64,000 nucleotides of DNA. It comes from a virus. Where the stretch lies: positions 10,973-74,972 of the IMG/VR virus record IMGVR_UViG_3300033145_001721, one strand, 5' to 3'. The first letter of the stretch is position 1. Each line of letters starts with the position of its first letter. The notes below the pieces were generated by a model. The model saw only the letters and a program-made list of their open reading frames with translations. It did not search any database and had not been told where the DNA came from. This document shows, piece after piece, positions 48,186-56,733 of this stretch. The translations under genes were made by a program, and so were the position numbers.

Positions 48186-48885
48186 TTTTTGGACAAGCAA
48201 AGACTATTTACATTACAGCGAAACTCCTTGGATTGAAAAGGATGGATTGTCTGGGTGGTGGGATGAAACAGAATGGCTGATTCCACCCTTAGATAATTTT
48301 GGATGTTTTGTAACGGCAGGTGTAAATGTATACGCTGGATGGCCTCAAATGCATAACGAGGATACTGATAAGTTTGTAGACCACCAATTCGTTTACAATC
48401 CTCAGGATTTCCTAAAAATGGAAGGTCATTCATGGCAAACCTTCCGTAAAAACGTACGGAAGTTTCCTAGGCGAAACTCAGGTGATTTACAATACAGACG
48501 GTTCGACAACGAAGAGGGTTTGGAAAAATTGCTTGTGCTTTGGGCTCAAGGCCGAACAATCTTTGATCCCGATACTATGGTAAGAACTATAATGCGTAGT
48601 CCCAACCGAAAAGGATTGTTCTTGAATGACTGTTTGATTGGTGTCAACGTATGGGATGAAAACTGGATGTATGTGAACTACCGTTACTGCATTGATGATA
48701 GTTCAGGATTTCTCAATGAGTATTTGCGATGGAGGTTTTATACAGATGAAGAAATTTTGAACAAAACCAAATTAGTCAACGATGGAGGTTCACTAGATTC
48801 TGATACACTCTATCGTTTCAAAATGAAACTCAACCCTGTAACCGTATGGAAAGTCTATAGTATTAGGAGTATTAACAATGGCTAA
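48109..48885 (+). CDS. DUF2156 / aaPGS-C-like GNAT-fold transferase
   Basis: FVYNPQDFLKMEG.SW..FRKNVRKF and VNDGGSLD...LYRFKMKLNP resemble the DUF2156 Y.Y...L..L.G...R....F and N..ED.G..GLR..K..Y.P motifs; start may be 48166. Confidence 0.6.
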   Translation: MEPKKINQNSVLVYLKILQMTKVHPNFWTSKDYLHYSETPWIEKDGLSGWWDETEWLIPPLDNFGCFVTAGVNVYAGWPQMHNEDTDKFVDHQFVYNPQDFLKMEGHSWQTFRKNVRKFPRRNSGDLQYRRFDNEEGLEKLLVLWAQGRTIFDPDTMVRTIMRSPNRKGLFLNDCLIGVNVWDENWMYVNYRYCIDDSSGFLNEYLRWRFYTDEEILNKTKLVNDGGSLDSDTLYRFKMKLNPVTVWKVYSIRSINNG

Positions 48886-48931
48886 AATCAAACGTGAACT
48901 ATTATTGAAAGAACTGAATTCAGTCGTTCCC
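48864..48931 (+). repeat. 68-bp direct repeat, copy A (orphan RBS + first 18 codons of the beta clamp)
   Basis: Matches 49994-50061 with 2 mismatches. Confidence 0.95.
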
Positions 48932-49001
48932 ATAAAATTCCATGCGATAATATATTATAATTGCACACGTGTTTAGACTACGAATTATAGAAAGAGCTAA
49001 T

Positions 49002-49985
49002 ATGGGCAAGCCCAAAGTGCTTAAGTATAACCTCGAAAACATACCAACTCGCAAAGACGTCTTCGGCAATGAACGAAAAGACTTATCGGTCAAAGGCCGA
49101 ATAGGATTTGTACCAATATCTATTTGGCGGTGTGATTGGGGATTGGTTAAAAAACTGAAATGCATAATTGGCGATTTTGGTCAGGTCCGATCATTAGATC
49201 AAACACAGTCTTCGGGAATTTGCGGGCATAGACATAAATCTCAAAATGCACGCACGTACGAAAATACATACTGTCACAGTATGCAAAACAAATCTACGGG
49301 TGGTTGGCACCGAATCGGTTCCCGATATGGAGATCGCAGCACAGACGCTGATGATAACGTTTCCATATTCAATCCGCATTTAGCATTGATGATTCTTTCG
49401 GCGTACTGTCCAAAAGGGGCATACATTTACGACCCATTTGCTGGGGGTGGCACGCGCGGATTCATCGCAACCGCAATGGGATTCAAATATTATGGGCGGG
49501 AGATACGTCAAATCGAAGTAAATCGGATAAAACGAGTCCAAAAAAAATTGAAACTCAAATTTCATATCTTCTGTGCAGATGCGAAAAGCGATCCACCAAA
49601 AAATGAACGGTTTGACTTTAGTTACACATGCCCCCCATATTGGAATATGGAAGTCTATTCCAATTTACCGGATGACATTTCTAATGCCAATACATACCAA
49701 GAGTTTCTCTCTGGTATGAAAAAAGCGTTGATCAGTACATACAAAGCCCTTAAACCCGGCACGTTATCAATTTGGGTTGTTGGAAATTTTAGGCAAGGAC
49801 ACAGATTAATTCATTTTAATGGTGATTTGATACACAAAGCAGAAGAAGTCGGTTTCCAACTTCATGATGAAATTATTTTCTGGGGAGGATCTGGACGAGC
49901 AGGCCTCCGCTCGGGGAACTTCGTAAAAAACAGAAAGTCAGTTAGAATTCACGAATATGTAATAATACTGAAAAAGCCGAATTAA
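49002..49985 (+). CDS. DNA amino-methyltransferase (m4C/m6A type)
   Basis: SIFNP, YDPFAGGGTRG, TCPPYWNMEVYS; probable start MGKPK at 49002. Confidence 0.85.
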   Translation: MGKPKVLKYNLENIPTRKDVFGNERKDLSVKGRIGFVPISIWRCDWGLVKKLKCIIGDFGQVRSLDQTQSSGICGHRHKSQNARTYENTYCHSMQNKSTGGWHRIGSRYGDRSTDADDNVSIFNPHLALMILSAYCPKGAYIYDPFAGGGTRGFIATAMGFKYYGREIRQIEVNRIKRVQKKLKLKFHIFCADAKSDPPKNERFDFSYTCPPYWNMEVYSNLPDDISNANTYQEFLSGMKKALISTYKALKPGTLSIWVVGNFRQGHRLIHFNGDLIHKAEEVGFQLHDEIIFWGGSGRAGLRSGNFVKNRKSVRIHEYVIILKKPN

Positions 49986-49993
49986 CCAACATG

Positions 49994-50061
49994 TAGGAGT
50001 ATTAACAATGGTTAAAATCAAACGTGAACAATTATTGAAAGAACTGAATTCAGTCGTTCCC
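49994..50061 (+). repeat. 68-bp direct repeat, copy B (functional beta clamp start)
   Basis: taggagtattaacaatggttaaaatc...cagtcgttccc. Confidence 0.95.
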
Positions 50062-51033
50062 GGGCTATCAGAGCGCGAGATTATTGAACAATCATCATGC
50101 TTTGTATTCAAGGACGGAAACGTTTACACATTCAATGACGAAATAGCTTGTTGGGCTAAATCCTCTTTGGACATCACTGGAGCGGTATCCGCTAAAAAGC
50201 TGATAAGTCTACTGCAAAGTATGTCTGAAGAAAGGCTGGACGTCAACGCATCCAAAAACGGCAAGCTGGTTATCAAGGGGATACACAAGCGAGCTACATA
50301 TGCTCTTGAATCTCGTATCGCTCTGCCCATTGATTCTATCAAGAAACCCAAAACGTGGAAATCACTACCATCTGATTTTCTCGAAGGGCTGTCCCTAGTA
50401 GCTGATTGTGCAGGCCGAGATGAATCAAACTTTGTTTTGACTTGTATCCATATCGCACCAGACAAACTTGAAGCAAGCGACAACGATCGTGTAGCTAAGT
50501 TCATCACAAAAACCCGCGTGCGTAAATCCATGCTTATCCGCAAAGACACCATCAAACATCTGGTCGCTGCCGGAGTGACTTATTTTGGAGAAACATCTGA
50601 TTGGGTTCACTTTCGTACCGGCAAAGGCCCAATCATTTGTTGCCGACGATACACCGAAAGCTTCCCTAACACAGATAAGGCTTTTCAAATCAGCGGGAAG
50701 AAAATGAGCCTGCCGGAAGGGTTGGAAAAAGCTTCTCGTCGTGCTGCTATTTTCAGTGCTGACAATCCAGAAGACAGTGACATATTTGTCACACTCACTA
50801 CCAATAGGGCCCTGATTAGAGGCACAGGCACAGGTGGGGAGTTTCAGGAAATCAAAAAGATAGCGTATACAGGAAAACCCTTAACCTTTTTGATTTCTCC
50901 CACACAACTGATTGCATTAACCCGCAAGCATAACAGCTGTATTGTAGCACAAGAAAAGCTAAAATGCAAAAGCGGACAATTTGAATTCGTAGCTGCGTTG
51001 GGTGTGACTCCGCAAGAAGATGAGAATGTGTAA
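50008..51033 (+). CDS. dnaN: DNA polymerase III beta-type sliding clamp
   Basis: 341 aa; KIKREQLLKELNSV, DESNFVLTCIH...EASD..R, FP...LEKASRRAAIF. Confidence 0.75.
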   Translation: MVKIKREQLLKELNSVVPGLSEREIIEQSSCFVFKDGNVYTFNDEIACWAKSSLDITGAVSAKKLISLLQSMSEERLDVNASKNGKLVIKGIHKRATYALESRIALPIDSIKKPKTWKSLPSDFLEGLSLVADCAGRDESNFVLTCIHIAPDKLEASDNDRVAKFITKTRVRKSMLIRKDTIKHLVAAGVTYFGETSDWVHFRTGKGPIICCRRYTESFPNTDKAFQISGKKMSLPEGLEKASRRAAIFSADNPEDSDIFVTLTTNRALIRGTGTGGEFQEIKKIAYTGKPLTFLISPTQLIALTRKHNSCIVAQEKLKCKSGQFEFVAALGVTPQEDENV

Positions 51034-51122
51034 TGCAATAAAACCCATACGAATCATTCATCAGTGCTTATCTCAAAAGATTGAGGACCAAATCAAGCTA
51101 TGAAAAAGTTGGAAGAAATGTG

Positions 51123-52358
51123 ATGAGAAAAGGATTCTTTGTCCCAAGCGACATATCCACATCCAAATCTATGAGCACAACCCCTCGTTGTGGTTTGTGC
51201 AATTTACATCGTACATGCATACATCCCAAGATGCCGCCTACGGGTAAAGGCCACAAACGATTATTGTTTGTGGCTGAAGCTCCAGGTGGTTTGGAAGATG
51301 AAAAGAACACACAACTCATCGGAAAATCTGGGCAGTACTTGCGATCAATGTTGAAACGTTATGGAATAGACTTAGACAAAGATGCCCGAAAAACGAATGC
51401 TGTAATTTGTTGTCCACCAAAAAACGAAAAGCCAACAAGCGTTCAAATTGCGGCCTGCCGTCCAAACGTGCTGAAAGAAATTGTACGTTTCCAACCTACC
51501 TGTATCGTATTGTTAGGTGCCACAGCAGTTGAATCTGTCATACCTATTTTCTGGAAAGACAAAGTCGATGCATTCTCACGATGGACCGGATGGCAGATAC
51601 CAATACAAAGCAAAAACGTTTGGGTGTGCCCTACTTATCATCCAGCGTACATACTACGCAAACCGGGAAAACAATACACACTGCTTTTCAAACAACACAT
51701 CAAGGCTGCTGTCAAATTGCAAAAACCACCATGGGTAAAGGTGCCAGATTTCAGTACTGGAATTGAAATTATCACATCCCCATCACAAGCGGGTCGATAC
51801 CTACATCAACTATATCGATCTAAGCCCACACACACCACCTGGGACTTGGAAACGTCCAGCCTGAAGCCTGATACCCCTGGATCGGAGATCGTTTGTTGTA
51901 GCGTGTGTACGGGGCCAGAAACAGTAGTGTTTCCCTGGGCTGGCGACGCAGTAGACGAAATGTTAGAGATTCTCCAAAATCCACACATCCGAAAGATAGC
52001 AGCCAACAATAAGTTTGAGCACCGTTGGATTCTACACAAACACAAAGTGCACGTAAATGGTTGGTATTATGATGTAGTGCTTGGGGCACACGCTTTGGAT
52101 AATAGACCAAAAGTCACAGGTGTAAAATTCCAATCATTTGTGCGACTAGGGCAACAAAGTTACAATGATCATATCGAACCATACTTACGTGCAGCCTCGT
52201 ACAAACTCAACAGAATCCTTCAACTGCCTATTACTGAAGTAATGTTGTACTGTGGAATAGATTCAAAAGTAGAAAACGAATTGGCACTAATACAAATACC
52301 CGAACTGATAAAACAAGGAAAGGTTCACCGACGTGCAATGCAAACCTATAACGCATGA
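51123..52358 (+). CDS. Family-4 UDG-like domain fused to a 3'-5' exonuclease (N-terminal part of an SPO1-type polymerase)
   Basis: CGLCNL, FVAEAPG..ED, CCPP, LLGATA, PTYHPAY, then WDLETS (ExoI), NNKFE (ExoII), YCGIDS (ExoIII). Confidence 0.85.
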   Translation: MRKGFFVPSDISTSKSMSTTPRCGLCNLHRTCIHPKMPPTGKGHKRLLFVAEAPGGLEDEKNTQLIGKSGQYLRSMLKRYGIDLDKDARKTNAVICCPPKNEKPTSVQIAACRPNVLKEIVRFQPTCIVLLGATAVESVIPIFWKDKVDAFSRWTGWQIPIQSKNVWVCPTYHPAYILRKPGKQYTLLFKQHIKAAVKLQKPPWVKVPDFSTGIEIITSPSQAGRYLHQLYRSKPTHTTWDLETSSLKPDTPGSEIVCCSVCTGPETVVFPWAGDAVDEMLEILQNPHIRKIAANNKFEHRWILHKHKVHVNGWYYDVVLGAHALDNRPKVTGVKFQSFVRLGQQSYNDHIEPYLRAASYKLNRILQLPITEVMLYCGIDSKVENELALIQIPELIKQGKVHRRAMQTYNA

Positions 52359-53727
52359 CGGATACCATTTGTTTCAACAAGGATCGATCACACTGGCTGA
52401 AATGGAGTGTAACGGATTTTGTATTGATACCGCATATATAGCACGTGCCCAAAAACATTTAAGCGTGAAAATTCAAACGCTTACAGAACGCATGAAAAAG
52501 GATAAGGTCTATCGTGTTTGGAAACGAAAGTATGGCCTTAAAATGAACTTTGGTAGTAGGGAACAATTAGGAGATATTGTTTTCAACGAACTTAAATTGG
52601 CGGAAGGCACGAAGACTAAAACAGGGAGGTACAAAGCCGACAAAGCAGCACTTGAAAATATCGACGTGCCCTTTTTAGAATGGTATACTAAACTCGAACA
52701 GTTTAAGAAAGCTAAAGGTACATACCTTAACGGAATTCAACGACATACAGATTCAGAAGGTTTCATACATCCATTTTTTGGTTTGGATACAGTCCGAACA
52801 TTTCGGGGCTCGTGTGCTGATCCGAATCTACAAAATATACCAGTCCGCGATCCCATTATCAAAAAACTCATACGTCGTGGATTCATCCCACGCGAACCGA
52901 ATAGACATATTGTGGAACATGATTTCAGCGGTGTAGAAGTAAAAACGGCTGCATGCTATAATCACGACCCAACACTTATCCAATACATTAAAGACAAAAA
53001 GTCTGACATGCACCGAGATATGTGCATGCAAATCTATTGTTTGACCCTGAAAGAATATACAGATGCCTTGCGCCACTGTGCAAAAAACATGTTTGTGTTT
53101 CCCGAATTTTACGGCGATTGGTATCTTAGTTGTGCTCAATCGTTATGGTATGCTGTGCAACGATTACATCTGAAAACAAAAACAGGTGAGGATGTGTTTA
53201 AGCATCTTCGTCGTCACGGCATTACAAAGCTAGGCCAATGTATTCCAGGGGAAACCCCTTTACCCCACAGCTTTGAAGGCCATATCAAAAAGGTTGAAAA
53301 GGACTTTTGGGAAAACAGATTTCGTGTGTATACAGAATGGAAATGGGATTGGTGGGAAGACTATTTAGATCGCGGATACTTTGATACCCTCACAGGCTTT
53401 CGTATTTCGGGTGCTATGGATCGCAAGAAGGTCATAAATTATCCAATCCAAGGATCTGCATTTCATTGCCTTTTGTGGTGCCTAATTCGCATCAATAAAC
53501 TGCTGCGAAAATATAAGATGAAGACAAAACTGATTGGGCAGATTCACGATAGTGTAATTGCTGATGTCTTGCACCGTGAGTTGAAAGACTACATTGAAAT
53601 AGCCCACCAGGTCATGACAATTGATTTACGCAAACATTGGAATTGGATTATTGTTCCAATAGGTGTCGATGCAGAAGTAGCACCAATGGGCCGAAGTTGG
53701 TATGAAAAGAAACGATATACATTATGA
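52333..53727 (+). CDS. polA: DNA polymerase family A, polymerase domain
   Basis: DPNLQNIP, DFSGVE (motif A), RHCAKNMFVFPEFYG (motif B), NYPIQGSA, QIHDS (motif C). Confidence 0.92.
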   Translation: MQCKPITHDGYHLFQQGSITLAEMECNGFCIDTAYIARAQKHLSVKIQTLTERMKKDKVYRVWKRKYGLKMNFGSREQLGDIVFNELKLAEGTKTKTGRYKADKAALENIDVPFLEWYTKLEQFKKAKGTYLNGIQRHTDSEGFIHPFFGLDTVRTFRGSCADPNLQNIPVRDPIIKKLIRRGFIPREPNRHIVEHDFSGVEVKTAACYNHDPTLIQYIKDKKSDMHRDMCMQIYCLTLKEYTDALRHCAKNMFVFPEFYGDWYLSCAQSLWYAVQRLHLKTKTGEDVFKHLRRHGITKLGQCIPGETPLPHSFEGHIKKVEKDFWENRFRVYTEWKWDWWEDYLDRGYFDTLTGFRISGAMDRKKVINYPIQGSAFHCLLWCLIRINKLLRKYKMKTKLIGQIHDSVIADVLHRELKDYIEIAHQVMTIDLRKHWNWIIVPIGVDAEVAPMGRSWYEKKRYTL

Positions 53728-54680
53728 AAGATAAGAAAGAGAAAAACACCATGGAACTCTATCGTAAATACAGACCAACAAAATTACAAGACGTATGTGG
53801 CCAGCCACAAGCAACCAAATCATTAATGGCCATGGTGAAGAAAAACCAAATACCACACGTAATGATGTTTGCAGGTCACTCAGGATCGGGTAAAACTACG
53901 AGTGCCCGAATCATGCGAAGATATATCAAGTGCGGGATACGAGATTTTTCAGAAATGAATTGTGCAGACATTCGTGGTATCGATGCTGTACGGCAAATCC
54001 GCAATTCGATGCACTTGAAACCTATGAATGGTAAGTCCAAACTCTGGCTGATTGATGAGGCTCACAGATTAACAGGGGGCGCTCAAGAAGCCATGCTCAA
54101 AATATTGGAAGACGTGCCATCCCATGTATATTTCATTTTGTGTACTACCGATCCAAACAAATTGACACGGACGGTACGTGACAGATGTTTTCCAATCAAA
54201 TTCAAACCACTAGATGCAACTGCAATAAAGCTATCATTGTCTCGTATCGAGAAGCTGGCCAAAATACAAATCAATAAAAAGGCCCAAGCTAAAATCGTGG
54301 AGCAAGCTGATGGTTCGGCACGACGTGCCATTGAAATGTTGGAAGGGGTTTCACTTCTGGATGGTGAGAAAGAACAACTGGAATGGTTGGAAGGTGCGGC
54401 AAACGAGCAACAGCAAATTATTGACCTCTGCCGTTTGTTGTTCAACTTCAAAACAAATTGGAATGTTATTGCTAATATTCTGAAAAATTTGGCTGGTGCT
54501 GACGCTGAATCTATTCGGTGGGCTGTTATCGGTTATGCCCGTGCTATTTTGCTAAAAGGTAATCGCCGAGCATTGCAACAACGCGCTTGTCACGTTATTC
54601 AAACGTTCGAAGGCAATTTTTATGATAGCAAACATGCAGGATTAGCAATGGCATGCTATCAAATCGTTGTTGAAGATTAG
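53724..54680 (+). CDS. dnaX: Clamp loader subunit (DnaX gamma-like AAA+)
   Basis: LYRKYRP, GHSGSGKTT, IDEAH, FILCTT, DRC, GSARRA. Confidence 0.88.
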   Translation: MKDKKEKNTMELYRKYRPTKLQDVCGQPQATKSLMAMVKKNQIPHVMMFAGHSGSGKTTSARIMRRYIKCGIRDFSEMNCADIRGIDAVRQIRNSMHLKPMNGKSKLWLIDEAHRLTGGAQEAMLKILEDVPSHVYFILCTTDPNKLTRTVRDRCFPIKFKPLDATAIKLSLSRIEKLAKIQINKKAQAKIVEQADGSARRAIEMLEGVSLLDGEKEQLEWLEGAANEQQQIIDLCRLLFNFKTNWNVIANILKNLAGADAESIRWAVIGYARAILLKGNRRALQQRACHVIQTFEGNFYDSKHAGLAMACYQIVVED

Positions 54681-54684
54681 TGTA

Positions 54685-54701
54685 GCGATAATATAGGTAG
54701 A
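54685..54701 (+). promoter_or_regulatory. GCGATAATAT promoter-like motif (representative copy)
   Basis: gcgataatataggtaga here is identical over 17 bp to the reverse complement of 24148-24164; further copies are listed in the findings. Confidence 0.7.
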
Positions 54702-54733
54702 AATGGAAACAGATTAGAAAGGAGCTAATTAGT

Positions 54734-55225
54734 GTGAAGACAAGTGCTAAAAGAATCCTGAACCCCGATCCCACACAATTGGATAGGGAATGGGTATTGC
54801 AGCCGAAGCTATTGCTTGAATTTGCTGATCAGTTAAGTGCCAAGAAACGGGAGTATGACAGACAAAAAGCTTTGAACGATATAGCCGATGCTAAATTGTC
54901 ATTGCGAATACGTTCAAATCCGAGTAAATACAAACTCAAATCAGTAAACGAAACAGCAATCAAAAATGTGCTGTATAGTCACCCAGCTTATGCCAAACGC
55001 GTGATGCTACTAATTGAGTTGCGAGAAGAGGTAGATCACTTGGCCAATATAGTAACAGCCATTGAGCACCGCAAACGCGCACTGGAAGGCTTGGTATCAT
55101 TGCATGGTCAAAAGTATTTCAGTGTACCACATGCGAATGAGGAGGGAGCCAAACAACTGCAAAATAATCGTACAAGACGTGTGGCAAACTGCATCGACAA
55201 AAGTTACAAAAAACGACGTGCTTAA
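54734..55225 (+). CDS. Recombination mediator-like (UvsY-like) helical protein
   Basis: LDREWVLQP...ETAIK...AIEHRKRALEGLV.L; next to SSB and RecA. Confidence 0.5.
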   Translation: MKTSAKRILNPDPTQLDREWVLQPKLLLEFADQLSAKKREYDRQKALNDIADAKLSLRIRSNPSKYKLKSVNETAIKNVLYSHPAYAKRVMLLIELREEVDHLANIVTAIEHRKRALEGLVSLHGQKYFSVPHANEEGAKQLQNNRTRRVANCIDKSYKKRRA

Positions 55226-55384
55226 AATGAGTGCTATAACTATATTTATCCTAATTGTAACACCTGTTGTGTTACCTATCATTGCATTCGGCATTATGAA
55301 ATATGGCACGTTTGGATATCTACGCGGCAAAATGCTAGCACGTCGATTGAAAGACGAAACTGAAAACATAAGAAAGGACAAAGC

Positions 55385-56647
55385 ATGAAACGCAAACGAT
55401 ACAAACGTGGAATGGCTTCACGTGGATCAAAACAGGCCGCAAAAAGATCGTCTGAGTTGTATACCAGTCGCGCTTTGGCTTTGCCGAAAAATGTAAGTAT
55501 GCTACAAATCAAAAGTGACGATCCTGTTCGTATCGATATTTTACCTTACATGGTAGGTGAAAACAATCCGTTTGCCGATCCTGGTGCTTTTTCCTTTGAG
55601 CGTACATATTGGGTTCACAAAGGTATAGGACCAAACAATGATACTGTTGTCTGCCCAGCAACAGGTCCCAAACCCTATGGGCCATGCCCCATATGTGAAC
55701 ATCTGGCTATACTACGCGAAGACGTTGATGCCGATGAAGATTTTATCAAATCACTAAAACCGAAACGTCGGCAGATATTCAACGTGATTAATACAAAAGA
55801 TCGAGAACGGGGTGTACAGATATTCGATATTTCTTATCATCTTTTTGGCAAGCTACTTGAAGAGCATTTGGATGATGAAGAAATGCAAGAACAACTTGAG
55901 GACTGGTGTGAATTTGAAGGAGGTAAAACCCTAAGACTGGGACTAAATGAAAAAACATACAACCGCCAGAAGTTTTTTGAAGTGAGTCGAATCAATTTTC
56001 TGGATCGCAAACGTGATTACAATCCAGACCGTATGCTGAAACAAATTGTGTGCCTTGATGGCATCATCAAAGTGTTGCCGTACAAGGAAATCAAAAAGTT
56101 GTTTCTCCGAACTGGAGAATCAAAATCGGAAACTTCTAATAGAAGGAGCAAGAACGTGAAAGCAATCAAGAAAATGTCAGCCAAAGAACTCAAGAAGTTC
56201 ATCTACATGAATGACTTGGACGTGGAGCCAGATGAGTTTGACAAACTCAGTGACCTCCGTGCTGCTGTAGCGGAAGAGGTAGCTGAAGCTGCTGGGACAC
56301 CATCGAATGACAAGGCCAAGAGCAAGACGAAGAGCAAGGCCAAGGAAGCCGACGAGTTCGATGACGAAGACGAATTCGAGGATGAAGACGAGGAAGAGTC
56401 TGACAACGACGAATTCGAGGATGAAGACGAATTCGAGGATGAAGACGAGGAAGAGTCTGACGAAGACGAGGAAGAGTCTGACGACGACGAGGAAGAGTCT
56501 GACGACGACGAGGAAGAGTCTGACGACGACGAAGACGACGAGTTCGAGGAGGAGGAAGAGGAAGAGGAACCACCCGCTAAGAAGAAATCGGGCAAGAAGA
56601 AATCGGCCAAGAAGACGGCTAAGAAGAAAGGCAAGCGCAGGAAGTAA
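55385..56647 (+). CDS. Single-stranded DNA-binding protein (gp32-like) with long acidic tail
   Basis: VHKGIG...VVCP...CPICE...RQIFNV; about 75 aa of D/E repeats, then a Lys-rich end. Confidence 0.7.
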   Translation: MKRKRYKRGMASRGSKQAAKRSSELYTSRALALPKNVSMLQIKSDDPVRIDILPYMVGENNPFADPGAFSFERTYWVHKGIGPNNDTVVCPATGPKPYGPCPICEHLAILREDVDADEDFIKSLKPKRRQIFNVINTKDRERGVQIFDISYHLFGKLLEEHLDDEEMQEQLEDWCEFEGGKTLRLGLNEKTYNRQKFFEVSRINFLDRKRDYNPDRMLKQIVCLDGIIKVLPYKEIKKLFLRTGESKSETSNRRSKNVKAIKKMSAKELKKFIYMNDLDVEPDEFDKLSDLRAAVAEEVAEAAGTPSNDKAKSKTKSKAKEADEFDDEDEFEDEDEEESDNDEFEDEDEFEDEDEEESDEDEEESDDDEEESDDDEEESDDDEDDEFEEEEEEEEPPAKKKSGKKKSAKKTAKKKGKRRK

Positions 56648-56678
56648 TCCGTAGTTTGACTCAGCCGAACGAATACCG

Positions 56679-56721
56679 AATGCTGGGCTGGGATGTGTAG
56701 TCCTGGCCCAGCATTTTCTTT
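56679..56721 (+). terminator. Rho-independent terminator
   Basis: aatgctgggc...gcccagcatt followed by ttcttt. Confidence 0.8.
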
Positions 56722-56733
56722 GAGATAATTCTT

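Noticed and set aside
56203-56654. Ser-rich and Arg/Thr-rich ORFs over the SSB tail
   Set aside because: Shadow frames of the acidic low-complexity repeat.
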